A stretch of DNA of 64,000 nt from Gammaproteobacteria bacterium (GCA_963662545.2 CAXXLL010000003.1:928001-992000); one strand, 5' to 3'; shown: positions 1 to 9,131, counted from the first letter of the stretch. Notes: generated from the sequence alone by a model not told the origin. Translations and numbers: made by a program.

Positions 1-985
1 CACGCATGAAGGCACGTACTGCGTCCATCAGACGGTCGATGGTCGAGTAACGATGATTCCGGGTGACATTGTCGTGCAACTGTTTCCAGAGTTTCTCAAT
101 GTCATTGACCCAGGGCTGATAGGCCGGCTGGAACAGCAATCGGAATTTCGGATTGTGCTTTAGCCAGACGTGTGCCAAGCGACATTTGTGGATGATGTAG
201 TTATCCACGATCAAGATAATTCGACGCGCGGCGCGGTAAGTTTGCCGCAGGTGGTCGAGCAGGCAAAGGAATAGGTCGCTGTTTTTCCGTGTGCCCTCGA
301 CATACGCAACGCGACCGGTTCGTGCGTGCAGCGCGCCCGCCAGATAGCGTTTCCGGTTTTGCCCAGGCGTGGGGATGGCACGTTGACAACCTTGAGTAGA
401 CCAAAGGAAACCGATTTTGGGATTGAGGTCGATATCGACCTCATCGGCGTAAAACACTTCATGCCCCGATGGGGCTCGAGACAACGCACGATGAATGGCT
501 TTCAGGCGCGTGGCTGCCCGTGGGTCGCGCAGATGTAAGGTCGGACGAGCACGACGCCAGCCGAATCCCAAATTAACTAGCCAGCGACGTACCGTAGAGG
601 CGTGAATGGGCCGTGACAGCAACGAATTCAGCGTCTCGGCCAGCATCTCGCTCGTCCACGTACTGCGCAGGTAGCCATAATCACTGGGCGGCTGCTCAAC
701 TAACTCGGCGAGCGTCTCCAACAGGGTGTCATCCACCGTATACGCCCGCCGGCCCGAGCCGCACGCCTCGAGAAAGGCTTCACCCGCGGTCTGGAATTGC
801 GTGACCCATCGATAAACCGTTGAACGCGCGACCGACAAACTGCGTGACACGGCCGTCGGTGAGACGCCTGAAACTAACTGCAACAGGACTTGAGCGCGGC
901 GAACCACCCGCCCGTTATCGCTGCGTTGAATCAACCGCTTAAAGCGACGTTTCTGTGAGCGCGTCAATGACACTAAACTATCCAT
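1..985 (-). CDS. IS630-family transposase (3' end runs off the window)
   Basis: Manual translation from ATG at 985 is open: MDSLVSLTRSQKRR...HASTVRRWL...VFYADEVDIDLNPKIG...IVDNYIIHK...QPAYQPWVNDIEKLW. These are the IS630 HTH and DDE motifs. It is absent from the ORF track because the stop lies outside the window. Confidence 0.93.
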   Translation of the reverse strand, partial: MDSLVSLTRSQKRRFKRLIQRSDNGRVVRRAQVLLQLVSGVSPTAVSRSLSVARSTVYRWVTQFQTAGEAFLEACGSGRRAYTVDDTLLETLAELVEQPPSDYGYLRSTWTSEMLAETLNSLLSRPIHASTVRRWLVNLGFGWRRARPTLHLRDPRAATRLKAIHRALSRAPSGHEVFYADEVDIDLNPKIGFLWSTQGCQRAIPTPGQNRKRYLAGALHARTGRVAYVEGTRKNSDLFLCLLDHLRQTYRAARRIILIVDNYIIHKCRLAHVWLKHNPKFRLLFQPAYQPWVNDIEKLWKQLHDNVTRNHRYSTIDRLMDAVRAFMR

Positions 986-1091
986 ACTCAGGTGACCTCT
1001 TTCGGGAACGTAGATTGCTCGATACAACCTCTGATCTCTGAATGTCACCTGAGTTCTTTTTATTTGATCGAGTTTTTGGAACACCTATTTA
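1..1091 (-). mobile_element. IS630-family insertion sequence (left end at ~1089-1091)
   Basis: Minus-strand end reads TAAATAGGTGTTCC, resembling IS630 termini. A TA dinucleotide at 1090-1091 is the presumed target. The other end is outside the window. Confidence 0.8.
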
Positions 1092-1808
1092 GGCGGTGGC
1101 TTGTCGCTTGAGGTGGATGGTTATGGCTGGGTTTCCCGTTTCGATGCCGCAGGCAAAATCGTTGAACCGCGATGGGTTGAAAACCTCGATGCGCCAACTG
1201 GAATGGGGGCAATGGGCGACCGGCTCTACGTTGCCGACCGCGGACGCGTGCACGTCATCGACATCCCGTCGGCGCAAGTTGTCGCGACCATCCCGCTCCC
1301 CGGCGCGGAGTTTGTCAATGATGTCGCCGTGGGTCCTGATGGCGCAGTCTATGTTTCGGATACCGCGACCAACCGGATTTATCGCATCGTCAACGGCGCT
1401 GCGTCGATATGGCTCGAATCGGAAGAACTGCAGAGCCCGAATGGGTTATGGCTGGACGGTGACACCTTGGTGGTCGCCGCGTGGGGACCGATGACTGACA
1501 TCGAGACGTTCGCGACGAAGCATCTGGGCACGCTGTTGCGGGTGGATTTAGACTCGAAGGCCGTGCAGCCGGTCGGAGTGGGAGCGCCTATCGCCAATTT
1601 CGATGGCGTGGTCACGGTAGGCAATTATTACTACGCCACCGATTGGACAGGGGGACGCCTGCTACGAATCGACCGCGAGGGTCGCGTCACCGTCGTTATG
1701 TCAGGCTTCAATCAGCTTGCTGACCTTGGCTATGACCCCGTGCGGGGGATCCTCGGCCTGCCCGTTATGAGTGATAACCGCTTCATCCTGCTGTTCCTTG
1801 ATCGATGA
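1089..1808 (+). pseudogene. SMP-30/gluconolactonase-like beta-propeller protein, N-terminally truncated by IS630
   Basis: Propeller repeats (APTGM, LYVAD, FVNDVAVGPDGAVYVSDT, SPNGL, DGV). The frame begins at the IS junction (tta ggc ggt ggc ttg). It lacks the usual signal peptide and first blade, and has no good start or RBS. Confidence 0.75.
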
Positions 1809-1870
1809 GGGCAACGTCTGAAGAAGAGTCGGGACATTCGGAAACACGCAACGGTATTTTGAGTACTCAA

Positions 1871-2018
1871 ACGTTCGCTTTTTGGCCGACTGCTGTCGTC
1901 ATCAGCTAACACGTCAATGAACGCTACTCGACGACCGCTTACAAGCGCATTGCGGACGTAATCCTCACAAGTGCCGCACTGCCACTAGGGGGTCGCTGAC
2001 GACCCATTGCGGCCGTCG
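1871..2018 (+). repeat. Cluster of three ~28-bp imperfect palindromic repeats at ~58-60 bp period
   Basis: Units at 1871 (acgttcgc-tttttggccgact-gctgtcgt), 1931 (acgaccgc-ttacaagcgcatt-gcggacgt) and 1989 (ggggtcgc-tgacgacccatt-gcggccgt). Confidence 0.7.
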
Positions 2019-2172
2019 TAACAGATTCGTAATTTTGGGAAGCCTGGCAACAAAACCATTTCAAGATAAGATGCCAAGCCTTGCGAGCGACGGTCGTGAA
2101 CACCTCACCATGACATTGGACTCGTCATCTCTCTTCTGAGAAGCTCCCATTACCGCCTCAGCAGGGAGTACG

Positions 2173-2607
2173 ATGATGACTGAGTTTGAAATGATGTATC
2201 TGCTTAATGACAGCATCAGACTCCTGGAATCCATAATGGAGACCTTTGTTGCATTGTTATTTGCTTTTGTTGTCGTCGCGTATATGGCGAGTGCCAAACT
2301 AACGCGCCTGATGGCCAGCTTCGCCGTTGTCGTGTTTTCTTTGATGGCGTTGCGCTACATTTCTGGATGGTACACCTACAGTGCGGATGTGGCGGCGCTG
2401 GGGGAACAAGTGTTCCAGGCCACATTGCAGCCGGGAACGGCACTCGCTCCTTTCTTTACGAAAATTAACTCGGAAGGACTCTCGTTATCTTTCAACGTGC
2501 AACTCGGCGGAATGATCCTGAGCTATATCGGGTCGCTCGTGTTCTTCTTCTACGCCCGGCATCATCCTCGAGAAATATCGGCACAAAGAGACAGCGTTCG
2601 AGTCTGA
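2173..2607 (+). CDS. Hypothetical membrane protein (about 3 TM segments)
   Basis: 144-aa ORF with RBS-like agggag at ~2164 and three hydrophobic stretches. Family not recognised. Confidence 0.75.
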   Translation: MMTEFEMMYLLNDSIRLLESIMETFVALLFAFVVVAYMASAKLTRLMASFAVVVFSLMALRYISGWYTYSADVAALGEQVFQATLQPGTALAPFFTKINSEGLSLSFNVQLGGMILSYIGSLVFFFYARHHPREISAQRDSVRV

Positions 2608-2614
2608 TTAACGG

Positions 2615-2669
2615 GGAAGAAAGGTGACGCAGGGAATACCTTTTAATCCCTTCGTCACCTTTTACTTCC
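2615..2669. repeat. Long inverted repeat / possible terminator or REP-like hairpin
   Basis: ggaagaaaggtgacgcaggga ... tcccttcgtcaccttttacttcc, just after the stop of 2173..2607. Confidence 0.6.
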
Positions 2670-2672
2670 TGA

Positions 2673-2761
2673 ACGACCGCTTTGAAGCGCATTGCAGACG
2701 TAATCTAGAGCAGTGCTGCAGTGCGGCGATTCGGCCGCTGACGACCCACTACGGACCGTCG
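2673..2761 (+). repeat. Two palindromic units; ~88-bp degenerate direct repeat of 1931-2018
   Basis: acgaccgctttgaagcgcattgcagacgtaatc...ggccgctgacgacccactacggaccgtcg aligns with acgaccgcttacaagcgcattgcggacgtaatc...ggtcgctgacgacccattgcggccgtcg. Confidence 0.8.
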
Positions 2762-2886
2762 CAGTGGCTAATATGCGTTCAGCTATGCTCAATTAATGGT
2801 CAATTTCCAGACCGCTATCCTATTTATAGAAATTGGCGGCGACCCATAATTGCTACTCACCGGATGTTTGACGTGAAGTTGGGGGC

Positions 2887-2911
2887 AAAGGGGCGTTAAT
2901 GCCGCCTATAC
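2887..2911 (+). mobile_element. Putative IS91/ISCR oriIS-like end
   Basis: aaaggggcgttaatgccgcctatac resembles the GCGTTT...CCTATAC terminus of ISCR oriIS (consensus recalled, not searched). Confidence 0.45.
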
Positions 2912-3025
2912 TTTCCGTATAAATCGTATTTGGCTTTGCATTTATGGAAGGCGGTGGATACCAAACTGATTAAGTAAGCTATTTATATCGACGGTAAAAT
3001 AAGTCTCATCTGAGCCCATGTAAAC

Positions 3026-4468
3026 TTATGTATCGAATACTTCCAGATCAGCAAAAGTAATTTCCTCACCTTCTTCGTACATTAGGCCATCCCCGGCGAT
3101 AATGTGGGCGGCGCCTTTTAAGCATTCTAGTAAAGAGGGGTGTGGAAATATTGATTCCAGCAGGTAAGTATACGGCAACTCTCGCTCAATAATGATCGAG
3201 GCGGCACTGACAATACCGTCAGCTTCAGGGCCCACCACGCGCACACCGAGAATTCGGTCATCACCTTTGGGCCCAACAATCAACTTGACGAAACCGGCCG
3301 CCGGTTGAATGGCGTGGGCGCGATGATTGCGCGCATAGGGGTATTTACCTATCCGCACCTCGCCGTACTTTTCCCGGGCATAGGTCTCATTAACCCCAGC
3401 GCCTGCCAGCATGGGCACGGTAAAAATGATATAGGGGATGTGGTTCATGCTCTGTGGATAATCTTGGTTGAGGATATGTGCAGCTGCGCAACGCCCCTCA
3501 GCTTCGGCAACATGAACCAGTGCCAAGTCGCTAGGTATATTTCGATTGCCGATGTCGCCTACCGCATAGATGTGCGCTACCGAGGAGCGAGTATCCAGGC
3601 CCGTGGGTATATAGCCTCGCTGGTCCAATTCGACACCGCTAGCTTCAATATTCATGGTGCCCGAGCAGGGCATGCGGCCTATGGCTAGTAATACCGTTTC
3701 GGTTTCAATCTCACCGCTGGATAATGTGGTTTTTACGCTGGTGTCCAGCAGTTCCATGCTCTGATAGCGGCTGCAGGCTATCACCTTGATTCCGCGTTTT
3801 TCAAAAGCGTTAGCCACAAAGTGGCTGAGATCTGGGTCTTCATTTGCCATGATGACCTGCTGGGTATCGACCAGGTGAACCTGGGTGCCCACGGCGTTGA
3901 ACATACTGGCGAATTCACAACCGATGATGCCGGCTCCTAGAATCAGCATCGAGCTTGGTGTGGTGCTTAGCTGGTTAACCTCATCAGAGGTAAGTACGCG
4001 CCGGCCATCGATTTCCATGCCAGGCAGCACGCGGGGGCAGGTGCCGGTGGCGATGATAATGTTGTCAGCGCTGTAGCGGGTCCCATTGACTTCGACTGTA
4101 TGGGGGTCAATAAAGCGTCCGCGCCCCTTGATGACTTCAATGCCCAAGCGCTGCAAGCGCTTTTCAAGCATTTTGGTGAGGTTTGCCGCCGATTCGGCAA
4201 CCCCCTGTTGCAGTGTTTCGATTTTCAGTGGCTTGAGTTCGCCGAAGACGTGCTTGCGTAATCGAGTGTGCAAGTACTCACGGCTAATTTCAAAGCCTGC
4301 CTTGGAGCGAAAAGCTCCATCGATGCCGTAGCCCATCAGTGGGCCCTCATTAATGATGATGGCCTTCCTGCCGGCCAGTGCGAGCTTGCTTGCGGCGCTG
4401 ATTCCGCCGGGGCCGCCGCCTATTACTAGTACATCGCAATGAATTGCCGTCATGGTTTTTTGTTCCAT
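3026..4468 (-). CDS. Pyridine nucleotide-disulfide oxidoreductase family flavoprotein (Lpd/SthA-like) without redox cysteines
   Basis: FAD motif VIGGGPGG, IATG, NAD(P) motif ILGAGIIGCEFA, YAVGD, and C-terminal HPSLLE dimerisation motif. The CxxxxC position reads MGYGIDGAFRSK. Confidence 0.88.
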   Translation of the reverse strand: MEQKTMTAIHCDVLVIGGGPGGISAASKLALAGRKAIIINEGPLMGYGIDGAFRSKAGFEISREYLHTRLRKHVFGELKPLKIETLQQGVAESAANLTKMLEKRLQRLGIEVIKGRGRFIDPHTVEVNGTRYSADNIIIATGTCPRVLPGMEIDGRRVLTSDEVNQLSTTPSSMLILGAGIIGCEFASMFNAVGTQVHLVDTQQVIMANEDPDLSHFVANAFEKRGIKVIACSRYQSMELLDTSVKTTLSSGEIETETVLLAIGRMPCSGTMNIEASGVELDQRGYIPTGLDTRSSVAHIYAVGDIGNRNIPSDLALVHVAEAEGRCAAAHILNQDYPQSMNHIPYIIFTVPMLAGAGVNETYAREKYGEVRIGKYPYARNHRAHAIQPAAGFVKLIVGPKGDDRILGVRVVGPEADGIVSAASIIIERELPYTYLLESIFPHPSLLECLKGAAHIIAGDGLMYEEGEEITFADLEVFDT

Positions 4469-4712
4469 CTTGGCGGAAGAGAATAAGCCGAATAAACACC
4501 CTTTTCCGCAATTCCACCGAGTATCGTCAGGTCATCAAACCGTCGTCAACCTGCGATTCGACGCGGTGTTGGCCTGAATTGAGCCCCTGAGCCGGCAGTA
4601 ATTCTGTACATCAGGGCGATTTTTCGACGGTTCCGAGCGTCGGCACGACAGCGACTCTGCCGCGTCGCTGAGTGTCGCAGCCGCTGGTCTTACGCGCGTG
4701 GTTGCGCGTGTA

Positions 4713-5111
4713 TCAGGCGAACCAGCGGGCCTGGGGCGGCGCCCGACACGGTGGCAAACGCGAGGCAGCTGTTGAAGTGTTTTTGCGGTCGAGGTGGGTG
4801 AGGATCTTCTCGATCACCACAGGGTCTTCGATGCAGGCGATGATCCTGACGTGGCCGCCGCAGCTCTTGCAGGTCTCGATGTCGATGTTGAAGACCCGCT
4901 TCAGGCGCTGTGCCCAGGTCGCCGCTCTTGCGCATCCCTGCGCCCGCGGCATTAGTGCATCCATGCACGTCATGGCGGCCCGGCGTTCGGCGGGCGTTAG
5001 GTCTTCAGTCGCCGCCGCGTTGGCTTTGTTGCCCTTGCCCCGTTTGGCCGGCGTCACCCGCGCACGATGCGCGCTGTTGGGGGCGAACACGCCGTGGAAG
5101 CGGGTGAGGTT
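4713..5111 (-). pseudogene. IS91-family (Y2) transposase C-terminal fragment
   Basis: NLTRFHGVFAPNS...WAQRLKRVFNIDIETCKSCGG.VRIIACIEDP.VI.KIL.HL...RAPP. The N-terminal part is absent. Confidence 0.88.
4918..4971. repeat. 48-bp double-hairpin insert with 3-bp (GAC) flanking duplication, in frame in the IS91 fragment
   Basis: Conserved AMTWAQ is interrupted by CMDALMPRAQGCARAAT. Hairpins gtgcat-gg-atgcac and gccgc..gcgca-ggga-tgcgc..gcggc. Confidence 0.7.
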
Positions 5112-5135
5112 GGCAGGTTTCTTTTTTGGCTCACC

Positions 5136-5219
5136 ATGTCCGCAGTTGGCCGTTAGCCGCCAGACGCAACCGAGGTAAACGCATCCTCAATCATGTCTGC
5201 TTACGCCCATAGCGGACGT
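5136..5219 (+). repeat. Two more units of the ~28-bp palindromic family, 57 bp apart
   Basis: atgtccgc-agttggccgtta-gccgccag (5136) and atgtctgc-ttacgcccata-gcggacgt (5193). Confidence 0.65.
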
Positions 5220-5353
5220 GGGTTATATCGACGCTTCGTCAATACGAACTGCGCAAATTGGAGCCCCGGATTGGCTCAAATCGTTTGTTGCGCGTAATAA
5301 CCGTGGTCTCTTTGTAACTATTTCCGCAACAGTACGAAGCGGATTCAACAGTA

Positions 5354-5809
5354 TCAACGGCTTATAGAATACCCACAGGCGTCCGCCTCAACGCCGCCAA
5401 GCACCCGCGCGCGATGATTCAATGCCGGGTTGTCGAGGACATTGAGCACGCTGCCGCCGGCGCCCCACCGCCGGTCGCGCGCGCCGATCACCACGCGCCC
5501 TATGCGCGCCTGTACGATGGCACCAGCACACATCGCACAGGGTTCAAACGTCGTGTATAAGCAGGCGTCGAGCATACGGTAATTTCCGAGCTGCGAGCCC
5601 GCATGGCGGATCGCAACGATCTCGGCATGCGCCGTCGGGTCACTATCGCCGATGCAGGTATTGAACCCCTCGCCGATAACGTCCTCGCCGAGAATGATGA
5701 CCGCCCCCACCGGAACCTCCCCCGCCGCCTGCGCCCGTTCGGCAAGGGTCAGTGCATACCGCATCCATTGCTGATCGGCGTCGTTTTGTGAGTTGCTGGA
5801 GATACTCAT
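5354..5809 (-). CDS. tadA: tRNA adenosine(34) deaminase, C-terminus apparently replaced
   Basis: GEVPVGAV, DPTAHAE, EPCAMCAGA. It ends GGVEADACGYSISR without the usual LL..FF..RR helix. Confidence 0.92.
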   Translation of the reverse strand: MSISSNSQNDADQQWMRYALTLAERAQAAGEVPVGAVIILGEDVIGEGFNTCIGDSDPTAHAEIVAIRHAGSQLGNYRMLDACLYTTFEPCAMCAGAIVQARIGRVVIGARDRRWGAGGSVLNVLDNPALNHRARVLGGVEADACGYSISR

Positions 5810-7411
5810 CTATTCCCATTCGATAGTCGCTGGTGGCTTGCCCGATATATCGTAGACAACGCGCGATACGCCTTCGATTTCGTTAATGATCCGCCGCGAA
5901 ACGGTATCGAGGAATTCGTAGGGGAGGTGGGCCCAATGCGCCGTCATGAAGTCAACGGTTTCGACGGCTCGAAGTGCGATCACATGCGCGTAACGCCGCG
6001 CATCGCCTTGTACGCCGACCGACTTAATCGGCAAAAATACAGCAAACGCCTGGCTTACTTTGTCGTACAAATCGTGGCGGCGCAGCTCTTCTATGTAAAT
6101 CGCATCCGCGCGGCGCAGGCAATCGGCGTATTCCTGTCGGACTTCGCCCAGGATGCGAACGCCGAGGCCTGGACCTGGAAACGGGTGTCGATAGACGAGG
6201 GTGCGCGTCAATCCTAAAGCAATACCCACTTTTCGTACTTCATCCTTGAATAATTCCCGCAGAGGCTCGAGTAGTTTGAGCTTCATTCGATTCGGCAGGC
6301 CGCCGACGTTGTGATGCGATTTGATGACGTGGGCCTTGCCTGTTCCTGCACCGGCCGATTCGATCACATCGGGATAGATGGTGCCCTGGGCCAGCCAGGC
6401 CACACCGTCCAGAGTCGATGCTTCCTGCTCAAACACTTCGATGAAAGTGCGCCCGATGATTCGCCTCTTCTCTTCCGGATCGCTCACACCATGCAACGCG
6501 CCGAGGAACTGCTCCGAGGCGTCGACTGATCGGACATCGACACCCATGTGCTCCGCGAACGTCGCCATGACTTCCTCCACTTCATTCAGGCGCAAGAGCC
6601 CGTTGTCGACGAATACACAGGTCAGCCGATCGCCGATGGCCTCGTGCAGGATCGCGGCTACAACCGATGAATCGACCCCTCCGGAAAGTCCGAGCAACAC
6701 CCGATCGTGGCCAACCTGCGCACGGGTTCGGGCAATGCTGTCGACGATGATATTGTCCGGGTTCCACAGCGCACCGCAGCCGCAGATCTCGTGGACAAAG
6801 CGGTTGAGGATCGCCTGCCCCTGGGCGGTGTGCGTGACTTCCGGATGAAACTGCAGCCCGTAAAAATCGCGGGTTTCGTCGGCTATTCCCGCGATCGGCG
6901 CATTGTCGGTCGACGCGATACGCTTGAACCCTTCCGGAAACTCGGTAACGTGATCGCCGTGGCTCATCCAAACATCGAGTAAGCCATGACCCTCGTCGTT
7001 CGTTGCATCGTGCAGATCGCGCAGCAATTTCGAATGTCCGCGTGCGCGTAGGCGTGCATAGCCGAATTCACGTTCGCTCGACGCATCCACTTTACCGCCG
7101 AGTTGTACCGCCATTGTGTGCATGCCATAACAGATTCCAAGCACCGGCGTACCGATTTCAAAAACAGCCGATGGTGCGCGAAAATCGGGATTTTCATGTA
7201 CGGATTCCGGCCCGCCCGAAAGGATGATACCGCTGGGTGAAAAATCACGGATGGCGCTGTCGTCGAGATCGAATGGCCTGATTTCGCAGTAGACCTGCGC
7301 CTCGCGGATCCGCCGTGCGATCAGCTGCGTATATTGCGAGCCAAAATCGAGAATTAGGATCCGATCTGCATGTAGATCGGGGCCGGGATCGGTTACCTGT
7401 GTCGCTTCCAA
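5810..7411 (-). CDS. guaA: GMP synthase (glutamine-hydrolysing); start uncertain
   Basis: [39 protein letters not shown]. The track start at 7447 falls in a MITE; TTG at 7411 was chosen instead. Confidence 0.97.
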   Translation of the reverse strand: MEATQVTDPGPDLHADRILILDFGSQYTQLIARRIREAQVYCEIRPFDLDDSAIRDFSPSGIILSGGPESVHENPDFRAPSAVFEIGTPVLGICYGMHTMAVQLGGKVDASSEREFGYARLRARGHSKLLRDLHDATNDEGHGLLDVWMSHGDHVTEFPEGFKRIASTDNAPIAGIADETRDFYGLQFHPEVTHTAQGQAILNRFVHEICGCGALWNPDNIIVDSIARTRAQVGHDRVLLGLSGGVDSSVVAAILHEAIGDRLTCVFVDNGLLRLNEVEEVMATFAEHMGVDVRSVDASEQFLGALHGVSDPEEKRRIIGRTFIEVFEQEASTLDGVAWLAQGTIYPDVIESAGAGTGKAHVIKSHHNVGGLPNRMKLKLLEPLRELFKDEVRKVGIALGLTRTLVYRHPFPGPGLGVRILGEVRQEYADCLRRADAIYIEELRRHDLYDKVSQAFAVFLPIKSVGVQGDARRYAHVIALRAVETVDFMTAHWAHLPYEFLDTVSRRIINEIEGVSRVVYDISGKPPATIEWE

Positions 7412-7443
7412 TGGAATGTGCGGTGCGGCTGATGAAACCTTAG

Positions 7444-7605
7444 GCAACCTCTGAATAAGTCATGGCACACCTGCCTTGCGCCTGAAATCGCGGAGCCTTA
7501 CGTTACGAATCTTGCCAAAGGTCCCCGCTATGGCCTGCGATTCGTGCCTTGATCTGCACGATTTCATGCACAATTCATTCGCACCATGATTTATCCAGAG
7601 GTTCC
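7444..7605 (-). mobile_element. 162-bp MITE copy 1 (inverted relative to copies 2 and 3)
   Basis: TIRs G(C)AACCTCTGAATAAGTCATGG / CCATGATTTATCCAGAGGTTCC, flanked by TTAG at 7440-7443 and 7606-7609. Confidence 0.9.
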
Positions 7606-9069
7606 TTAGTCGAGGCGATAATTCGGCGCCTCTTTGGTGATCTGAACGTCGTGCGCATGGCTCTCGCGCATGCTGGCTGCGGTGACCTTGATAAACTTGG
7701 GTTTGCTGCGGAACTCCTCGATGTCCCGGCAGCCGGTATACCCCATAGCGGCCCGAACTCCACCGACCATCTGATGGACGATTGCGCTCATCGGACCTTT
7801 GTAGGGAACGCGGCCCTCGATGCCTTCGGGTACGAGTTTTTCGATCTCGTCGCTCTCCTGAAAATAGCGATCAGATGACCCGTGTATTTGCGACATGGCG
7901 CCTAGAGACCCCATACCGCGGTACGATTTATACGTCCGCCCCTGATACAACTCCACTTCTCCCGGCGCTTCCTCGGTGCCGGCGAAAAGCGACCCAATCA
8001 TGACACTGTGTGCGCCTGCCACGAGAACCTTGGCGACATCGCCTGAATAGCGTATACCGCCGTCGGAGATCAGAGGTATGCCTGTGTCCTTGAGCCGCGC
8101 GGCAACGCTGCTGACTGCGGTGATCTGAGGGACCCCGATGCCGGTGACAATTCGGGTCGTGCAGATGGACCCGGGTCCAATACCGACCTTGACCGCGTCA
8201 ACGCCTGCCTCGACCAGAGCTTCGGCCGCCTCTCCCGTAGCGATATTTCCTCCGATCAGTTGGACATCGGGAAACTGATCCTTAACCCATTTGACCGTGC
8301 TCAAAACACCTCGCGAGTGGCCGTGCGCAGTGTCGACGACGATGACGTCGGCACCTGCTTCGATCAATGCCTCGACGCGTTCCCGCGTACCCTCGCCCAC
8401 GCCTACGGCGGCTCCGACACGCAGTCTTTCGTCTGAATCCTTGCAGGAGTTGGGAAATTCGTCCGCTTTCTGAATATCCTTGACCGTGATCATTCCCCGT
8501 AGTTCGAAATCGCCGTTGACGACCAGCAGTTTCTCGATTCGATGCTGGTGCAATAGCGCGATAACTTCCTCTTTTTCGGCATCTTCGCCGACGGTTACGA
8601 GGCGGTCCTGCGGTGTCATGACCTCACCGATTGGTGCATCGAACCGGGTTTCAAATCTCAGATCGCGGCTCGTTACGATGCCGACGACCTGATCATTATC
8701 GACCACCGGCACACCGGAAATGCCGTGTGCTCGAGTAAGCGCGAGCACCTCGCCGACGCTGACACTGGGATCGATCGTAATGGGATCCCGAATAACGCCG
8801 CTCTCGAACTTCTTTACCTGCCGGACTTGAGCCGCCTGATCAACGGGGCTCATGTTCTTGTGGATAATGCCGACCCCACCCTCCTGTGCCAGCGCAATGG
8901 CGAGACGCGCCTCGGTAACCGTGTCCATGGCCGCCGCCAGAAGTGGGATTTGCAGGGAGATCTCGCGTGTCAGGTAAGAACTGAGGTCGACTTCGCGCGG
9001 GAGGACATCCGAGTAGTCGGGGACAAGCAGTACGTCATCGAAGGTCAAACCGTTATCGGCGACGCGCAT
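7606..9069 (-). CDS. guaB: IMP dehydrogenase
   Basis: [11 protein letters not shown] pair, [24 protein letters not shown]. Confidence 0.98.
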   Translation of the reverse strand: MRVADNGLTFDDVLLVPDYSDVLPREVDLSSYLTREISLQIPLLAAAMDTVTEARLAIALAQEGGVGIIHKNMSPVDQAAQVRQVKKFESGVIRDPITIDPSVSVGEVLALTRAHGISGVPVVDNDQVVGIVTSRDLRFETRFDAPIGEVMTPQDRLVTVGEDAEKEEVIALLHQHRIEKLLVVNGDFELRGMITVKDIQKADEFPNSCKDSDERLRVGAAVGVGEGTRERVEALIEAGADVIVVDTAHGHSRGVLSTVKWVKDQFPDVQLIGGNIATGEAAEALVEAGVDAVKVGIGPGSICTTRIVTGIGVPQITAVSSVAARLKDTGIPLISDGGIRYSGDVAKVLVAGAHSVMIGSLFAGTEEAPGEVELYQGRTYKSYRGMGSLGAMSQIHGSSDRYFQESDEIEKLVPEGIEGRVPYKGPMSAIVHQMVGGVRAAMGYTGCRDIEEFRSKPKFIKVTAASMRESHAHDVQITKEAPNYRLD

Positions 9070-9131
9070 GACTGCAGGACATCCCGTAGAATGTAAACGG
9101 TCAATTATAGGGTTTTGGCGCCTACCGGTAA

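Larger units (their letters stand above)
4481..5111 (-). mobile_element. IS91/ISCR-type rolling-circle element remnant (3' transposase fragment plus oriIS-like end)
   Basis: Transposase C-terminus at 4713-5111. Minus-strand ggaaaagggtgtttattcggcttattc at 4507-4481 lies ~200 bp downstream, where oriIS is expected. Confidence 0.7.

Noticed and set aside
1871-2761. CRISPR array
   Set aside because: The period is CRISPR-like, but the repeats are too divergent, only 2-3 occur per cluster, linkers of the duplicated pair are related, and no cas genes are present.
5136-5170. Integron attC site (contains GTTAGCC)
   Set aside because: No matching RYYYAAC inverse core at a suitable distance and no intI. 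It fits the local palindrome family better.
7412-7447. N-terminal extension of GuaA in the ORF track
   Set aside because: The start codon lies in the MITE terminal repeat and the extension has no GuaA similarity.
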